32,000 bases of DNA from Nostoc sp. PCC 7120 = FACHB-418 (GCF_000009705.1 NC_003272.1:3690001-3722000), one strand, 5' to 3'. Counted from the stretch's first letter, positions 14,658 through 25,433 are shown. Notes: generated by a model not told the origin, from the sequence alone. Made by a program: numbers and translations.

Positions 14658-15854
14658 ATGACTATGAAAATTGCTGTAATTGGTGCAAAAGGTCTTCCTC
14701 CTAAACAGGGTGGCATTGAGCATTACTGTGCAGAAGTATATCCTCGGATAGTTGCACAAGGTCATAGCGTGGATTTATTTGCTCGTTCTTCATATACAGA
14801 CACTGCTTGGCTGGGAAATTATGATTTTCAAGGTGTGCGAGTCATTTCCTTACCTGGGATAGATGCCAGAGGCGCAGACGCATTCGTCACCTCTGCGTTA
14901 GGAGCGATCGCTGCAACCGCAGAGAGATATGATATTGTCCATTTCCATGCTCTTGGCCCAGCTCTGTTCACTTTCCTACCCAGAATTGCCAACTCAGCGA
15001 AAATTGTAGTTACTTGTCAAGGTTTAGATTGGCAACGCGCCAAGTGGGGTAGCTTCTCGACTCGGCTAATTCAAGGGGGAGAACAGGCAGCAGTTCGTTT
15101 TGCTCACGGTATGGTTGTTGTCTCTGATGCTCTTAAAACCTACTTCGCGGAAACCTATGGACGGGACACAGTTTATATCCCCAACGCTCCCGCAAGCTAT
15201 GGTGAATCAGACCTCAGTTTTACCTATGGTAAAAAACTGGGTTTAGAGTCAGGGCGTTACATGATCTTTGTGGGCAGAATCGTTCCCGAAAAGCGTCCTG
15301 ATTTACTGATTGAAGCCTTTTCTAAATTACAAGCACCAGGATGGAAACTAGTATTAGCGGGAGGTGTCAGCGATACTCAATCTTATACCTCTCAATTATT
15401 AGAAAAGGTCGCTAATAATCCCAATATTATTTTTGCAGGTGAATTGCGAGGCCCTCGTTTATGGGAAATTGTTCGCGGTGCAGGAATGTTTGTTTTACCC
15501 TCTGATTTAGAGGGATTACCTTTAGCAATGCTGGAAGCTATGCAGGAAGGTATACCAGTAGTCGCCAGCGATATTTTGCCTCACCAACAATTGATTAATG
15601 GAGGCATGGGAACCCTCTTTATGGCTGGTAATACAGACTCTTTAGTGAGTTCCTTAGATTGGGCAATTCGTCATCCCCAACAAGTAGCAGCAATGGCTAA
15701 AAATGCCCAAAGAAATATTCAATTAAATTATAGTTGGGAGCATATAACTGCGGAAAATCTCAAACTATACAAAACACTGTTAAATTCACCTCAACCGGTA
15801 GGTGCATCGAAGTCTAGAGAAGTTCGTCTAGCCAGAGTTGGTAGTAAAGAATAA
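14658..15854 (+). CDS. glycosyltransferase family 4/1 (GT-B)
   Basis: MTMKIAVIGAKGLPPKQGGIEHY... and PSDLEGLPLAMLEAMQEGIPVVASD. The track start at 14628 is a GTG; the first ATG is at 14658. Confidence 0.85.
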   Translation: MTMKIAVIGAKGLPPKQGGIEHYCAEVYPRIVAQGHSVDLFARSSYTDTAWLGNYDFQGVRVISLPGIDARGADAFVTSALGAIAATAERYDIVHFHALGPALFTFLPRIANSAKIVVTCQGLDWQRAKWGSFSTRLIQGGEQAAVRFAHGMVVVSDALKTYFAETYGRDTVYIPNAPASYGESDLSFTYGKKLGLESGRYMIFVGRIVPEKRPDLLIEAFSKLQAPGWKLVLAGGVSDTQSYTSQLLEKVANNPNIIFAGELRGPRLWEIVRGAGMFVLPSDLEGLPLAMLEAMQEGIPVVASDILPHQQLINGGMGTLFMAGNTDSLVSSLDWAIRHPQQVAAMAKNAQRNIQLNYSWEHITAENLKLYKTLLNSPQPVGASKSREVRLARVGSKE

Positions 15855-15959
15855 TTGCACACATCCAGAAGTCAGAATCAAGAATCTTCTCATTTCTGGC
15901 TTCTTCATCACACAGGTGCAAGCCTTCTCGTAGAGTATTGTGAATTACGGGTATATGTA

Positions 15960-18143
15960 ATGGGAAAAGGCATTTCAACCTTACTAGGAGTCTTGGGACG
16001 CAGAGGCTTTCCGGCTGTGACTGTGTTTGCAGCTGTCATCGGAGCATCATTTGCTTACTTGGCGGTGACACCACGTTTGTATGAAACATCAGCACGATTG
16101 ATGTTGGATGATAAAAAGGCGAGTGTGTCTGAATTGGGTCGTGACTTGACACAGATAACGCCTACAGGTGTTGGACGTAATCCCTTAGCAGATCAGGCAG
16201 AGTTACTGAAGTCACAAACAGTCTTACAACTGGCTATTTCTAAACTCAATCCGCCAATAAAAGATAGTTCCACACAAAAACCACTAACACCTTCAGATAT
16301 TCGCTCAAATTTGAAAGTGATTATAGTCCCAGCGACTAACATTTTAGATTTGAGGTATCAAAGTCCCGAACCAAATCAAGCAGCTCAGGTTCTCAATGCT
16401 GTATCTCAGGCGATGGTGGAGGAAAATATCAAAACCATCAGTTCTGAGGCTACTAAGGTCAGGGAATTTTTGGCCGAAAAAGTACCCATAGCGCGTCAAC
16501 GACTACTACAAGCAGAACTAGCGGAAACTAAATACAGACAACAAAGCGGCGTTGTCGCCACAGATGATCAGACCAGGAGTCTGGTGGGTAGTTTAGCGGA
16601 ACTGGAAAATCAAGAACGTACCTTGGCGGTACAACTTCAAGAAACGCGATCGCGCGACGCATCTTTACGCCAAGTGACAGATGCGAAAAATATCAATACC
16701 GCTTACGCCTCTGTCAGAGAAGGACAAGACGAACAACTCAAGGTATTACGCACCAAGTTAACTGATATAGAAACCAAGCTAATAGAAGCACGTACCAAAT
16801 ATCAAGAAGCCCATCCCACAGTTTTGGATCTAGTCGAACAAAGGAATGAAATCCGCGCTTTGTATGGACAGCAGATGGCTAGGGTATCTTCTAGTGGACA
16901 AACAGATAATTTTCAGGATTTAGCCAACGACCAAATTAGTCAAACCCTCATTTCTGATTTAATCACCAATGATATTACGCGTTTAGCCGTAGAAAATAAG
17001 CTGAATGCTATCCAGAAAATGAGAGCTAATATTCAAAGTCGTTTGGCACTCATCCCTATTCAACAGCAACCGTTGACCGTCCTCACTCGTCAACGGGAAG
17101 AAGCCGCCGAATCACTCAAGTTTCTCCAAAGCAAACTAGAAGAAGCACAGATTGCTGAGGCGCAGAAAGTTAGCAACATCCGCATTATTGAGACGGCTGT
17201 AGCCCCAGAGTTACCCACATCCCCGAAACGTACAGTAGTACTTGTGATTGCTGGGTTCTTTGGCAGCATCTTAGCTGTGGGACTGGTATTGCTACTGGAA
17301 CTCATGGATAACACTCTGCGCGATGCGACAGAAGCCGAAGAGTTACTGCAATTACCATTGTTGGGAGTTTTACCCCGTCTTCCTGCTACCAAACTCAGTC
17401 TGGAACCAGCCGAACAATTTCTTGATGACTTGGGTTTGGTGGAACCTTACCGGATGCTGCTGAAGAATCTGGAGTTTCGCAATGTGGACAATTTGCAGGT
17501 GATAGTTGTCAGCAGTCCCCTTTCTGGAGAAGGTAAGTCAGTTATTGTCTCCCATCTGGCTGCGGTCGCTGCCATGTTATCTCGGCGGACATTAATTATT
17601 GATGCAGATTTGCGTAAACCCTCACAACATACCCTATTTAACTTACCGCCCAGACCAGGAATTACAGATGTAATTGATGGGACTAGACCTTTACTGAGTG
17701 CTGTGCAGTCAACAACCATAGAAAATCTTTCGGTGTTGACTTGCGGCGAATTGCGAGGAAGACCTTCCCAGATCCTAGAGTCAGCCGCGATGAAGTCTTT
17801 GGTGGCAGAAGCAGCCCAACGCTACGATTTAGTAATTATTGATACCCCACCCTTGAGCGCCTGCGCTGATGCTTCCACCTTGAGTCAGATGAGTGATGGA
17901 GTCATCCTCACCACACGCCCCGGTTTTACCTTGAAGGAGGTATTACAACGAGCCGTGTCAGAACTCAACCAAAATCGCATTCCCGTTTTGGGGGTAGTGG
18001 TCAATGGTATGGCAACTGACATAGAAAAATACTACCGTTACCCATCGGAGGAATATCCCTCGATATTATCTAGACCGTTGAGACGTTTAACATCTCTGGG
18101 TAGTAGCGCCAGAAATTCATCCAACGATTCTAGGTCGAACTGA
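15960..18143 (+). CDS. polysaccharide co-polymerase / tyrosine autokinase (Wzc/GumC-like, PCP-2a)
   Basis: N-terminal TM, then a long coiled-coil periplasmic region, a GNVR-like SNIRIIETAVAPELPTSPKR and a second TM. The kinase has Walker A SGEGKS, A' LIIDADLRKP and B DLVIIDTPP, plus a Tyr cluster YYRYPSEEY. The track start at 15855 is a TTG directly after the upstream stop; the ATG at 15960 (MGKGIST) is preferred. Confidence 0.85.
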   Translation: MGKGISTLLGVLGRRGFPAVTVFAAVIGASFAYLAVTPRLYETSARLMLDDKKASVSELGRDLTQITPTGVGRNPLADQAELLKSQTVLQLAISKLNPPIKDSSTQKPLTPSDIRSNLKVIIVPATNILDLRYQSPEPNQAAQVLNAVSQAMVEENIKTISSEATKVREFLAEKVPIARQRLLQAELAETKYRQQSGVVATDDQTRSLVGSLAELENQERTLAVQLQETRSRDASLRQVTDAKNINTAYASVREGQDEQLKVLRTKLTDIETKLIEARTKYQEAHPTVLDLVEQRNEIRALYGQQMARVSSSGQTDNFQDLANDQISQTLISDLITNDITRLAVENKLNAIQKMRANIQSRLALIPIQQQPLTVLTRQREEAAESLKFLQSKLEEAQIAEAQKVSNIRIIETAVAPELPTSPKRTVVLVIAGFFGSILAVGLVLLLELMDNTLRDATEAEELLQLPLLGVLPRLPATKLSLEPAEQFLDDLGLVEPYRMLLKNLEFRNVDNLQVIVVSSPLSGEGKSVIVSHLAAVAAMLSRRTLIIDADLRKPSQHTLFNLPPRPGITDVIDGTRPLLSAVQSTTIENLSVLTCGELRGRPSQILESAAMKSLVAEAAQRYDLVIIDTPPLSACADASTLSQMSDGVILTTRPGFTLKEVLQRAVSELNQNRIPVLGVVVNGMATDIEKYYRYPSEEYPSILSRPLRRLTSLGSSARNSSNDSRSN

Positions 18144-18145
18144 AG

Positions 18146-19555
18146 ATGAGGAATTATCAGCGCTCAATTAACTTTTCTGCTCTAGCCATCTGGTTAGGAG
18201 TGATAATTATCGGTTTGATTGCCGGGTTTGCTGCTGGTGCTAGTCCAGTTTTACCTGGTTTAGCGGTAGTTTCATTAGTAGTACTGGGTTTCTTTTTTAG
18301 AAATCTAGAACAAGCCGTATTGAGCGCTTTGATTATTCGCAGTGCCATAGATGGTATTGTTTCTCCGCCCTTACCCTCTGCGTTTGCGATCGCTATCGAC
18401 ATCCTCACCTTACTATATGTAGTCGTTCTGTTGTTTCAAAAGCGCACTGTACACACCGATTGCTTTTTGTGGTTCTTCGTTGCTTGGGTAATTTTCCAAG
18501 CGATGTGGTTAGTGCTTTTACCTATAGGTGGACTAGGACTGGATGGCGCAGTTTTTGCTACTAGTTTACGAGAATGGGTTCGCTTGTTCTCTTGGCTGAT
18601 GGTTTATTTACTAGTCATGCAGCTAAAGGAGAAGACTCACCCCCAAACCGTGATCAATCTCCTGTTTTGGGCTTTAGTCATACCTCTGGCGATCGCATTT
18701 TTGCAAATGTTCGTGCCTGGGCTTTTGCCATCCCAGTTTGCACCTTTGTCTGGGGGGGTTTTGTCTGAAGGTTCTCGCATTAGAGGTAGTATTGGGCATC
18801 CTAACAGTTTTGCTACCTTCTTATTATTATTTATTGGTCTGACTACCTGGAAGCTAACTATTACTAAAGTACGCTGGCCTTGGTTGCTGTTGCTGGGCTT
18901 ACTGGCTTTCTTTTATGTCAGTACAAAAGCATTGTTTAGCTTGATGATGTTGGCTGTATTCATGCTGGTGTTAATTGCTCCCAGATTAAGTTTATTGAAA
19001 CTTATCGGTGCAGTGTTTTTCTTCGGCTTAGTAATATTTCTGTTCGGTAGTACAGAGTTTGGACAACAACGGCTGGGATCAATAGCACAAACACCATTGC
19101 TCAACCCAGATATAGATATATGGCGAGCAATTCTCTTATCTTATAGCGACAATAACAGCTTCAACTGGCGAATTGCTCAATGGCACGAATTACTCGAAGC
19201 CTGGAAACAGTACCCACTGTTCGGTTACGGGTTGGGCGTGACTACACATATTGCTAGTAACGGTTTATATGCCCATAACGATTACGTCCGGGCATTAACA
19301 GAAGGTGGAATTGTTGGTTTAGTCAGCTTTATAGCCTTCTTTGGTGTACAGATTGGGCGAATTGTGCAGTTAATGAGGCGATCGCTATTCAATAAAACAC
19401 AGAATAGTCTTTGCTTGGTTTTATTAGCACTTATTTTAACAATGCCTGTGGGAATGATTACTGAAAATGTTTGGAGTCATACCATGTTGTTCTTTTATTG
19501 GTTTACTTTGCTGGCGGTAGCCGGTTGGGATTGGAACGCCAAGCCCACAACGTAA
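18146..19555 (+). CDS. O-antigen ligase/polymerase family protein (Wzy_C domain)
   Basis: About 11 predicted TM helices. The motif HAHNDYVRALTEGGIVGL is typical of the Wzy_C/O-antigen ligase family. The start lies 2 nt after the wzc-like stop. Confidence 0.8.
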   Translation: MRNYQRSINFSALAIWLGVIIIGLIAGFAAGASPVLPGLAVVSLVVLGFFFRNLEQAVLSALIIRSAIDGIVSPPLPSAFAIAIDILTLLYVVVLLFQKRTVHTDCFLWFFVAWVIFQAMWLVLLPIGGLGLDGAVFATSLREWVRLFSWLMVYLLVMQLKEKTHPQTVINLLFWALVIPLAIAFLQMFVPGLLPSQFAPLSGGVLSEGSRIRGSIGHPNSFATFLLLFIGLTTWKLTITKVRWPWLLLLGLLAFFYVSTKALFSLMMLAVFMLVLIAPRLSLLKLIGAVFFFGLVIFLFGSTEFGQQRLGSIAQTPLLNPDIDIWRAILLSYSDNNSFNWRIAQWHELLEAWKQYPLFGYGLGVTTHIASNGLYAHNDYVRALTEGGIVGLVSFIAFFGVQIGRIVQLMRRSLFNKTQNSLCLVLLALILTMPVGMITENVWSHTMLFFYWFTLLAVAGWDWNAKPTT

Positions 19556-19623
19556 TACAATTCAAAATTCAAAATAAACATTCTTAAATTCCATATTACA
19601 CAGATTAATAATAAGGAAGCATC

Positions 19624-20703
19624 ATGGCTGATAATTCTCAAACTAAGAAAAAACTTTATACTATCCAAGTATTGCGGGGGTTAGCAGCAGTGCTGGTAGT
19701 ACTCGCACATGGAGACTTAATTTTTAATCAAAACTTTGGTCAAGATTTTTGGTTTAAAATATTTAATTTTGGCGGCTCTGGTGTAGACTTTTTCTTTGTC
19801 TTGAGTGGATTTATTATTTTGTATGTCCACAAAAAGGATATTGCCAATAAAAGTAAAACATTTACATTTTTATTTAAAAGATTTCTGCGGATCTACCCTA
19901 TATACTGGGTTTTTCTTAGTCTAAAACTGTTAGCTTCTTTTACATTTTCTTATAATCCCAGTAGCACCGAAAGAAGCTTAATTGAGACGCTGAAAGCATT
20001 TACCTTGTTTCCCCAGCAGCAAGAAATTCTTTCGAGTAGTTTCTTGGGTGTCAGTTGGACTTTAAGCTATGAAATTTTATTCTATATAATTTTTGCTATA
20101 TTAATCGGCTTACCAACTAGAATTTCGTTCCCCATAGTTGGTGTTTGGCTATTAGGTGTATTAGGTAATTTTTGGGGATTACTGAATTTACCCCCAGATA
20201 GCGTATTTCTTCGGTTCATTTTTAGTCATTATAATCTGGAATTTGCCTTGGGTTGCTTGGCAGCATATTTATTTGCTAGATCCAAAATTAAATGGGGAAT
20301 GGTTTTAATCTCTGTTGGCGCTTTTCTTTACACGCTGTCGGCAATTAATTATTACCATCAAATTGTCAATTTGTCGCAAGTCATTACCTTTGGTATTCCT
20401 TCCATGTTGCTTGTACTAGGTTGTGTTTCTCTAGAGAACACAAAAAATATTCAGGTTCCTCCCTTACTTGTATATTTAGGTGATGCTTCTTACTCTATTT
20501 ACTTGGCGCATGGATTTGCGATTAATAATATTAGCAAAATCATCCAAAAGATTTATCCCAGTATGACCGAAAATATTTTTGTTTTAAATAGTATTGGTCT
20601 TGTAATTGCTGTAATGTCTATTGTGTTTGGCTGCATAGTTCATTCGTTCATTGAAAAACCATTGATCTTTGCTTTTCAACCTAGAAAAACAGCCAATGCT
20701 TAG
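19624..20703 (+). CDS. acyltransferase family 3 (membrane O-acyl/acetyltransferase)
   Basis: IQVLRGLAAVLVVLAHG..., GVDFFFVLSGF, multi-pass membrane protein. Confidence 0.85.
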   Translation: MADNSQTKKKLYTIQVLRGLAAVLVVLAHGDLIFNQNFGQDFWFKIFNFGGSGVDFFFVLSGFIILYVHKKDIANKSKTFTFLFKRFLRIYPIYWVFLSLKLLASFTFSYNPSSTERSLIETLKAFTLFPQQQEILSSSFLGVSWTLSYEILFYIIFAILIGLPTRISFPIVGVWLLGVLGNFWGLLNLPPDSVFLRFIFSHYNLEFALGCLAAYLFARSKIKWGMVLISVGAFLYTLSAINYYHQIVNLSQVITFGIPSMLLVLGCVSLENTKNIQVPPLLVYLGDASYSIYLAHGFAINNISKIIQKIYPSMTENIFVLNSIGLVIAVMSIVFGCIVHSFIEKPLIFAFQPRKTANA

Positions 20704-20769
20704 ATAGTTTAAAACATTAATTTCTAATCGGATTTTTACGGTTCTCATTATTAAGAAAAAAGCTAATAT

Positions 20770-21735
20770 ATGCCAAAAGTATCTGTAGTAATTCCAGCTT
20801 ATAATGCGATGCCTTATTTACCAGAGACACTTGAAAGTGTTCTCAGGCAAACTTATCACGATTTTGAAGTGGTAGTTGTGAATGATGGCAGTTCTGATAA
20901 TACTGAGGAATGGGTATCTCAAATTTTAGATCCAAGATTAAAATTGATTTCTCAAGCAAATCAAGGATTAGCGGGAGCAAGAAATACTGGTATTGTTAAT
21001 GCTTCAGGTGAATATATTGCATTTCTGGATGCTGATGATATTTGGGAGCCAACTAAACTAGCAAAACAAGTTAGTGTTTTAGATGAAAATCCAACAGTCG
21101 GGTTGGTTTATACCTGGGTTGCTTATATTGATGAGCAGGGTAAATCAACAGGAAAAATATTTAAAAATCAGGTAGAAGGTTATGTATGGCCACAGTTGAC
21201 TGAACATAATATTGTTGAGTGTGGTAGTGTGGCGCTTGTACGTCGAGTGTGTTTTGAAAAAATGGGTCTATTTGACCGCAATTTAGGCTCTTATGTAGAA
21301 GATTGGGATATGTGGCTACGCATTGCCACAAGTTATGATTTTAAAGTTGTTAAAGAAGCTTTAGTCTACTACAGACAACGCTCAAATAGTGCTTCTAAAA
21401 ATTGGGAAGCAATGGCACACAGTTTTGCTATAGTCATTGAAAAAGCTTTTGCGACTGCATCACAAGATTTACAGGTTTTAAAAAATAAAAGTTATGGTTT
21501 TACTTACCTTTGCCTAGCTTGGAAACCACTACAAAGTTTTCAAAAAGATTATCAAAAATCTCGTGAGTTTTGTCAGCAAGCTGTGGCTTATTATCCCAGT
21601 TTACGCTTTTCCCAAGAGTATATCCGCTTGAGTATAGCTATTAATCTCATGCGATGGTTTGGGGCTGACGGCTATAGTAAATTGCTGCCATTATTTCACA
21701 CTATGCGGCGGGTCAAGTTAGCTTTACAAAAGTAA
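20770..21735 (+). CDS. glycosyltransferase family 2, subfamily A of this cluster (HpsE-like)
   Basis: MPKVSVVIPAYNA...VNDGSSDNT...GLAGARNTGI...FLDADDIW (DxD), plus a ~100-aa C-terminal helical extension. Confidence 0.85.
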   Translation: MPKVSVVIPAYNAMPYLPETLESVLRQTYHDFEVVVVNDGSSDNTEEWVSQILDPRLKLISQANQGLAGARNTGIVNASGEYIAFLDADDIWEPTKLAKQVSVLDENPTVGLVYTWVAYIDEQGKSTGKIFKNQVEGYVWPQLTEHNIVECGSVALVRRVCFEKMGLFDRNLGSYVEDWDMWLRIATSYDFKVVKEALVYYRQRSNSASKNWEAMAHSFAIVIEKAFATASQDLQVLKNKSYGFTYLCLAWKPLQSFQKDYQKSREFCQQAVAYYPSLRFSQEYIRLSIAINLMRWFGADGYSKLLPLFHTMRRVKLALQK

Positions 21736-21778
21736 TGAGAGTAATCAAGACCAAAGCTAGTTATTTTCGGTGAAAGAT

Positions 21779-22762
21779 ATGGCATTAATTTCTGTGATCA
21801 TACCTGCTTACAATGCAGTATTGACTATTAAAGAAACAATCGAATCTGTACAAAAGCAGACTTTTACTGACTGGGAAATCATTGTTATTAATGATGGTTC
21901 TACAGATGGAACTCCAGAAATTATCCAAAGTATCAAAGATGAGCGGTTAAAAATTTTTAACTATAAAAATGGTGGATTACCAGTAGCTCGTAATCGTGGT
22001 ATTCTTCATGCAAGTGGAGAATTTATTGCTTTTCTTGATGCAGATGATTTATGGGCTGTTGATAAACTGGAAATGCAATTAAAAGCTTTGCAACAGCACC
22101 CAGAAGCCGGAGTTGCCTACAGTTGGACTTGTTTTATGGATGTAAATGAACAAGGAGAACCTGTAGCATATTTGCCATCATCTCAATATTCTTTTACCGG
22201 AAATGTTTATCAAAATCTATTAGTCAGTGATTTTATTCACAGTGGTTCCAATACGTTAATACGTAAGGAGGCAATTAATTCAGTAGGCGAATTTGATCCA
22301 ATGCTCAAATCCTGTGAAGATTGGGATTATTGGCTGCGCCTAGCAACTCATTGGGATTTTATTGTAGTCCCTGAATACCAAATATTTTATCGTCGGACTC
22401 CTGGGGCGATGTCATCTAAAGTTGAAGTGATGAAAGAAGCCTGTCTCATAGCAATGGAAAAGGCTTATCAAGCAGCACCACCAGAACTACAATATTTGAA
22501 AAAATATACTATGAGTAGCTTTCATGTCTACTGCTCAAGTTTGTATATTCAACATCGTGATGACAAATTTGCAGTTAGTCAAGCGCAAGAACATTTGTTG
22601 GCAGCTATTAGATTAAATCAAAAGATTTTATTAGAGAAAACAACTCAAAAGTTATTAATCAAGTTTCTCTTGAAAAAGATTTTTCCCCCACAGGTGACTA
22701 ATTATGTTTTGCAGTTAACAAAACAACGTATTTCTCTGAGTGTTCCGAGGTTAGAAGCATGA
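21779..22762 (+). CDS. glycosyltransferase family 2, subfamily B of this cluster
   Basis: ISVIIPAYNA...INDGSTDGT...NGGLPVARNRGI...FLDADDLW...EAGVAYSWT. The track start at 21770 is a GTG; the ATG is at 21779. Confidence 0.85.
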   Translation: MALISVIIPAYNAVLTIKETIESVQKQTFTDWEIIVINDGSTDGTPEIIQSIKDERLKIFNYKNGGLPVARNRGILHASGEFIAFLDADDLWAVDKLEMQLKALQQHPEAGVAYSWTCFMDVNEQGEPVAYLPSSQYSFTGNVYQNLLVSDFIHSGSNTLIRKEAINSVGEFDPMLKSCEDWDYWLRLATHWDFIVVPEYQIFYRRTPGAMSSKVEVMKEACLIAMEKAYQAAPPELQYLKKYTMSSFHVYCSSLYIQHRDDKFAVSQAQEHLLAAIRLNQKILLEKTTQKLLIKFLLKKIFPPQVTNYVLQLTKQRISLSVPRLEA

Positions 22763-24171
22763 AAAATATTCTCAATCAAGAACTTGCAGAGCCACAAAAT
22801 ACAGATACAAAAGAATTACAAATTCCAGAACCAACGATCGCCTTACTCCACTGTTACGATTTGATCGACGACTTCTTAGATAGCATTAATATTTCTTTCG
22901 AGACTTTCTGTAAAGAGTTCGTCGGTAGCTGGATGTTTGGCTATATCAACGCTCTCAAGGAAGTCGGTGTGCGGACGGTATTATTTTGTATTTCCGCCCG
23001 TGTTGAGCGTCCATCACGCTTTACTCATATACCCACCAATACCCAAATTTGCGTTTTACCTCCATCCCCAACGTATCGTCCTTACCGTGCTGTGCGGCGT
23101 AAATCGCTGAATGTTTATGGCGCTAGTGCAGCTCAATCTTTTAAGGAGATTCAAGATAGCAATCCCATTCGCCGTTCTCTGCTGACACCAGTGAAAGACT
23201 TGGCGAAAAGTGTGGGAACCTACCTCTGTACACCCCTGGGATCATTAGCTGAGGAACTAAAGCGCGAAAACTGTCAAGCAATTTTGTGTCAAGAATATGA
23301 GTATGCCCGCTTCGATAGTTGTACACTCCTGGGAAAAATGACTGGTATTCCCGTGTTCGCTACCTTCCAAGGAGGCGATCGCACTCAGAGTTGGCTAGAA
23401 GTTCCCTGGCGACACTTATCTTTTCGCAACTGCGCGGGTGTTATTGTCGCTACCCAAACCGAAATTAAACGTATCCAATCTGCTTACGGGATTGGCGCTA
23501 GCAAAATCGGGCAAATTTTCAACCCTGTAGACATAACAACTTGGCAAGGAAGCGATCGCCTCCAAGCACGAAAAGAACTAGATATTCCCCTGGATGCAAG
23601 GGTAGTCGTCTGGCATGGCAGAGTAGAGATAGAGCGCAAAGGGCTAGATATATTACTAGAAGCTTGGCAGCAAATCTGCAATCAGCGTCCAGATATTAAC
23701 CTGCGATTATTAATTGTGGGTACAGGTAGCGATGCCGAGCAATTGCACCAGCGTATTGCCAGTATGCAGCTAAAAGGGGTGTTATGGCTAAATGAATTTG
23801 TGAGCGATCGCGCTATTATGCAACGTTATCTCTCGGCTGCTGACGTTTATACCCTCCCCTCTCGTCAAGAAGGTTTTCCCGTTGCACCCTTGGAAGCAAT
23901 GGCTTGTAGTCTACCAGTCGTAGCGGCTGACGCTCCTGGTGTACCGGACATTTTTGCAGGTGGAGACATTTCTGGCGGCCTAGTCGTACCGCGAGAAGAT
24001 GCGACAGCATTAGCACAAGCACTCACACAAGTTCTCGACAACGAAGCCTGGGGACGGGAGTTAGGTAAACGTGCGCGACAGCGTGTAGAGAGTTACTTTG
24101 CACCGCAAATAGTTGGCAAACAACTACGAGACTTTATTTTAGGTCAGAACTCACATCATGCTCATCAGTAA
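22759..24171 (+). CDS. glycosyltransferase family 4-like (GT-B), 470 aa
   Basis: The start overlaps the upstream stop (ATGA). The C-terminal signature is PSRQEGFPVAPLEAMACSLPVVAADAPGVPDI. The N-terminal half is not recognisably typical. Confidence 0.8.
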   Translation: MKNILNQELAEPQNTDTKELQIPEPTIALLHCYDLIDDFLDSINISFETFCKEFVGSWMFGYINALKEVGVRTVLFCISARVERPSRFTHIPTNTQICVLPPSPTYRPYRAVRRKSLNVYGASAAQSFKEIQDSNPIRRSLLTPVKDLAKSVGTYLCTPLGSLAEELKRENCQAILCQEYEYARFDSCTLLGKMTGIPVFATFQGGDRTQSWLEVPWRHLSFRNCAGVIVATQTEIKRIQSAYGIGASKIGQIFNPVDITTWQGSDRLQARKELDIPLDARVVVWHGRVEIERKGLDILLEAWQQICNQRPDINLRLLIVGTGSDAEQLHQRIASMQLKGVLWLNEFVSDRAIMQRYLSAADVYTLPSRQEGFPVAPLEAMACSLPVVAADAPGVPDIFAGGDISGGLVVPREDATALAQALTQVLDNEAWGRELGKRARQRVESYFAPQIVGKQLRDFILGQNSHHAHQ

Positions 24172-25423
24172 GTTTAAACAGTCACTATCAAACAAATTTA
24201 TTCGCAATGCTGGCGCACTAGGAGCCGCAGAATTAGCCAATCGCATCTTCCGCCTGGGAACAACCATCACTCTAGCGCGGATGTTCAGCCCCCAAGACTA
24301 TGGATTAATGGCGGTTGTTTATACGGTGTTTGATTTTGCCACTGTTTTCACCTTCAGAGGGGGAATTGGCGCAAAGATTGTTCAAGCTGATGAGCAGGAT
24401 GTGAAAACTATCTGTGACACATCTTACTGGTTGAACTGGATTTTGTGCATAGCAATTTTTTTGCTCCAGTGCATTGCTGCTTTTCCTATTGCTCAGTTTT
24501 ATAAAAATCAACAGTTGGTTTTGCCAATCTGTACAGTTGGTTTAGTCTATTTAATGTTTCCTTTGTTTTTGGTTAACTCCGCTATCATTGAACGAGAAAA
24601 TCGACTCAAAATTACAGCATTATGTAATGTTACTCAATCATTATTAAGCAATATCATTATTGTGGTTTTCGCCCTTATGGGTATGGGTGTATGGGCTATA
24701 GTTTGGTCTATGGTGTTGACAACCCCAGTCTGGATTATCATCACTTGGAGAAATCATTCTTGGCGACCACCTAAATTATTTAAATTAGACAAATATAAAG
24801 AAGTTATTAGCTTTGGAGCCGATTTACTAGCGATTGAACTACTAGGTAAATTAAGAGGGAATATAGACTATCTAATTATTGGTGGTTTTTTAAGTATTGA
24901 AGCATTAGGTATTTATTATTTTGCTTTTAATGCTGGCTTAGGTATTAGCATGAGCATCATTAATACATTTAGTTCAGCATTATTTCCTTACCTGTGCGAA
25001 GTTCGCAGTAATTTAAGCCAACTCAAAGAAAGATACTTTAGTAGCTTGAAAAAAGCTTACTTTGTAATCACACCTTTAATTCTCTTGCAAACCTGTTTAG
25101 CTCCTATTTATGTTCCAATTATTTTTGGGCAGAAATGGTCATCCGCTATTCCCGTACTGATGCTAATTTGTCTATCTGCTTTAAGCCTGCAATTTGGTAG
25201 AGCTACGTTTCTTTTACTTAACGCAATGGGCAAAACTCGCTTAACTCTCTATTGGAATTTAATCTATACAATACTATTTTCTACTGCCCTATTAATATCA
25301 GTACATGGAGGAATTATTTATGTAGCGATCGCAGTTGTTATCTGTCAACTATTCATAGCCCCCATGTTTAACATTTGGGTTGTTAACCGCACTTTTTACA
25401 AAAAACAATTCATTACTCCTTAG
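24158..25423 (+). CDS. polysaccharide flippase (Wzx, MOP/PST family)
   Basis: 12-TM-type protein whose N-terminus, FIRNAGALGAAELANRIFRLGTTITLARMFSPQDYG, is typical of the Polysacc_synt families. It overlaps the upstream gene by 14 nt. Confidence 0.8.
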   Translation: MLISKFKQSLSNKFIRNAGALGAAELANRIFRLGTTITLARMFSPQDYGLMAVVYTVFDFATVFTFRGGIGAKIVQADEQDVKTICDTSYWLNWILCIAIFLLQCIAAFPIAQFYKNQQLVLPICTVGLVYLMFPLFLVNSAIIERENRLKITALCNVTQSLLSNIIIVVFALMGMGVWAIVWSMVLTTPVWIIITWRNHSWRPPKLFKLDKYKEVISFGADLLAIELLGKLRGNIDYLIIGGFLSIEALGIYYFAFNAGLGISMSIINTFSSALFPYLCEVRSNLSQLKERYFSSLKKAYFVITPLILLQTCLAPIYVPIIFGQKWSSAIPVLMLICLSALSLQFGRATFLLLNAMGKTRLTLYWNLIYTILFSTALLISVHGGIIYVAIAVVICQLFIAPMFNIWVVNRTFYKKQFITP

Positions 25424-25433
25424 GTCATAACAC

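Noticed and set aside
15855-15959. N-terminal extensions given by the ORF track through non-ATG first codons: 15855 TTG, 14628 GTG, 11364 TTG, 21770 GTG, 26581 GTG, 4549 GTG, 2353 TTG and the 4578 ATG extension.
   Set aside because: The extensions lack similarity to the conserved N-termini of the respective families. Some begin immediately after, or overlap, the neighbouring gene. Internal ATG starts (or the SD-preceded GTG at 26608) give canonical family N-termini. The alternatives remain possible.
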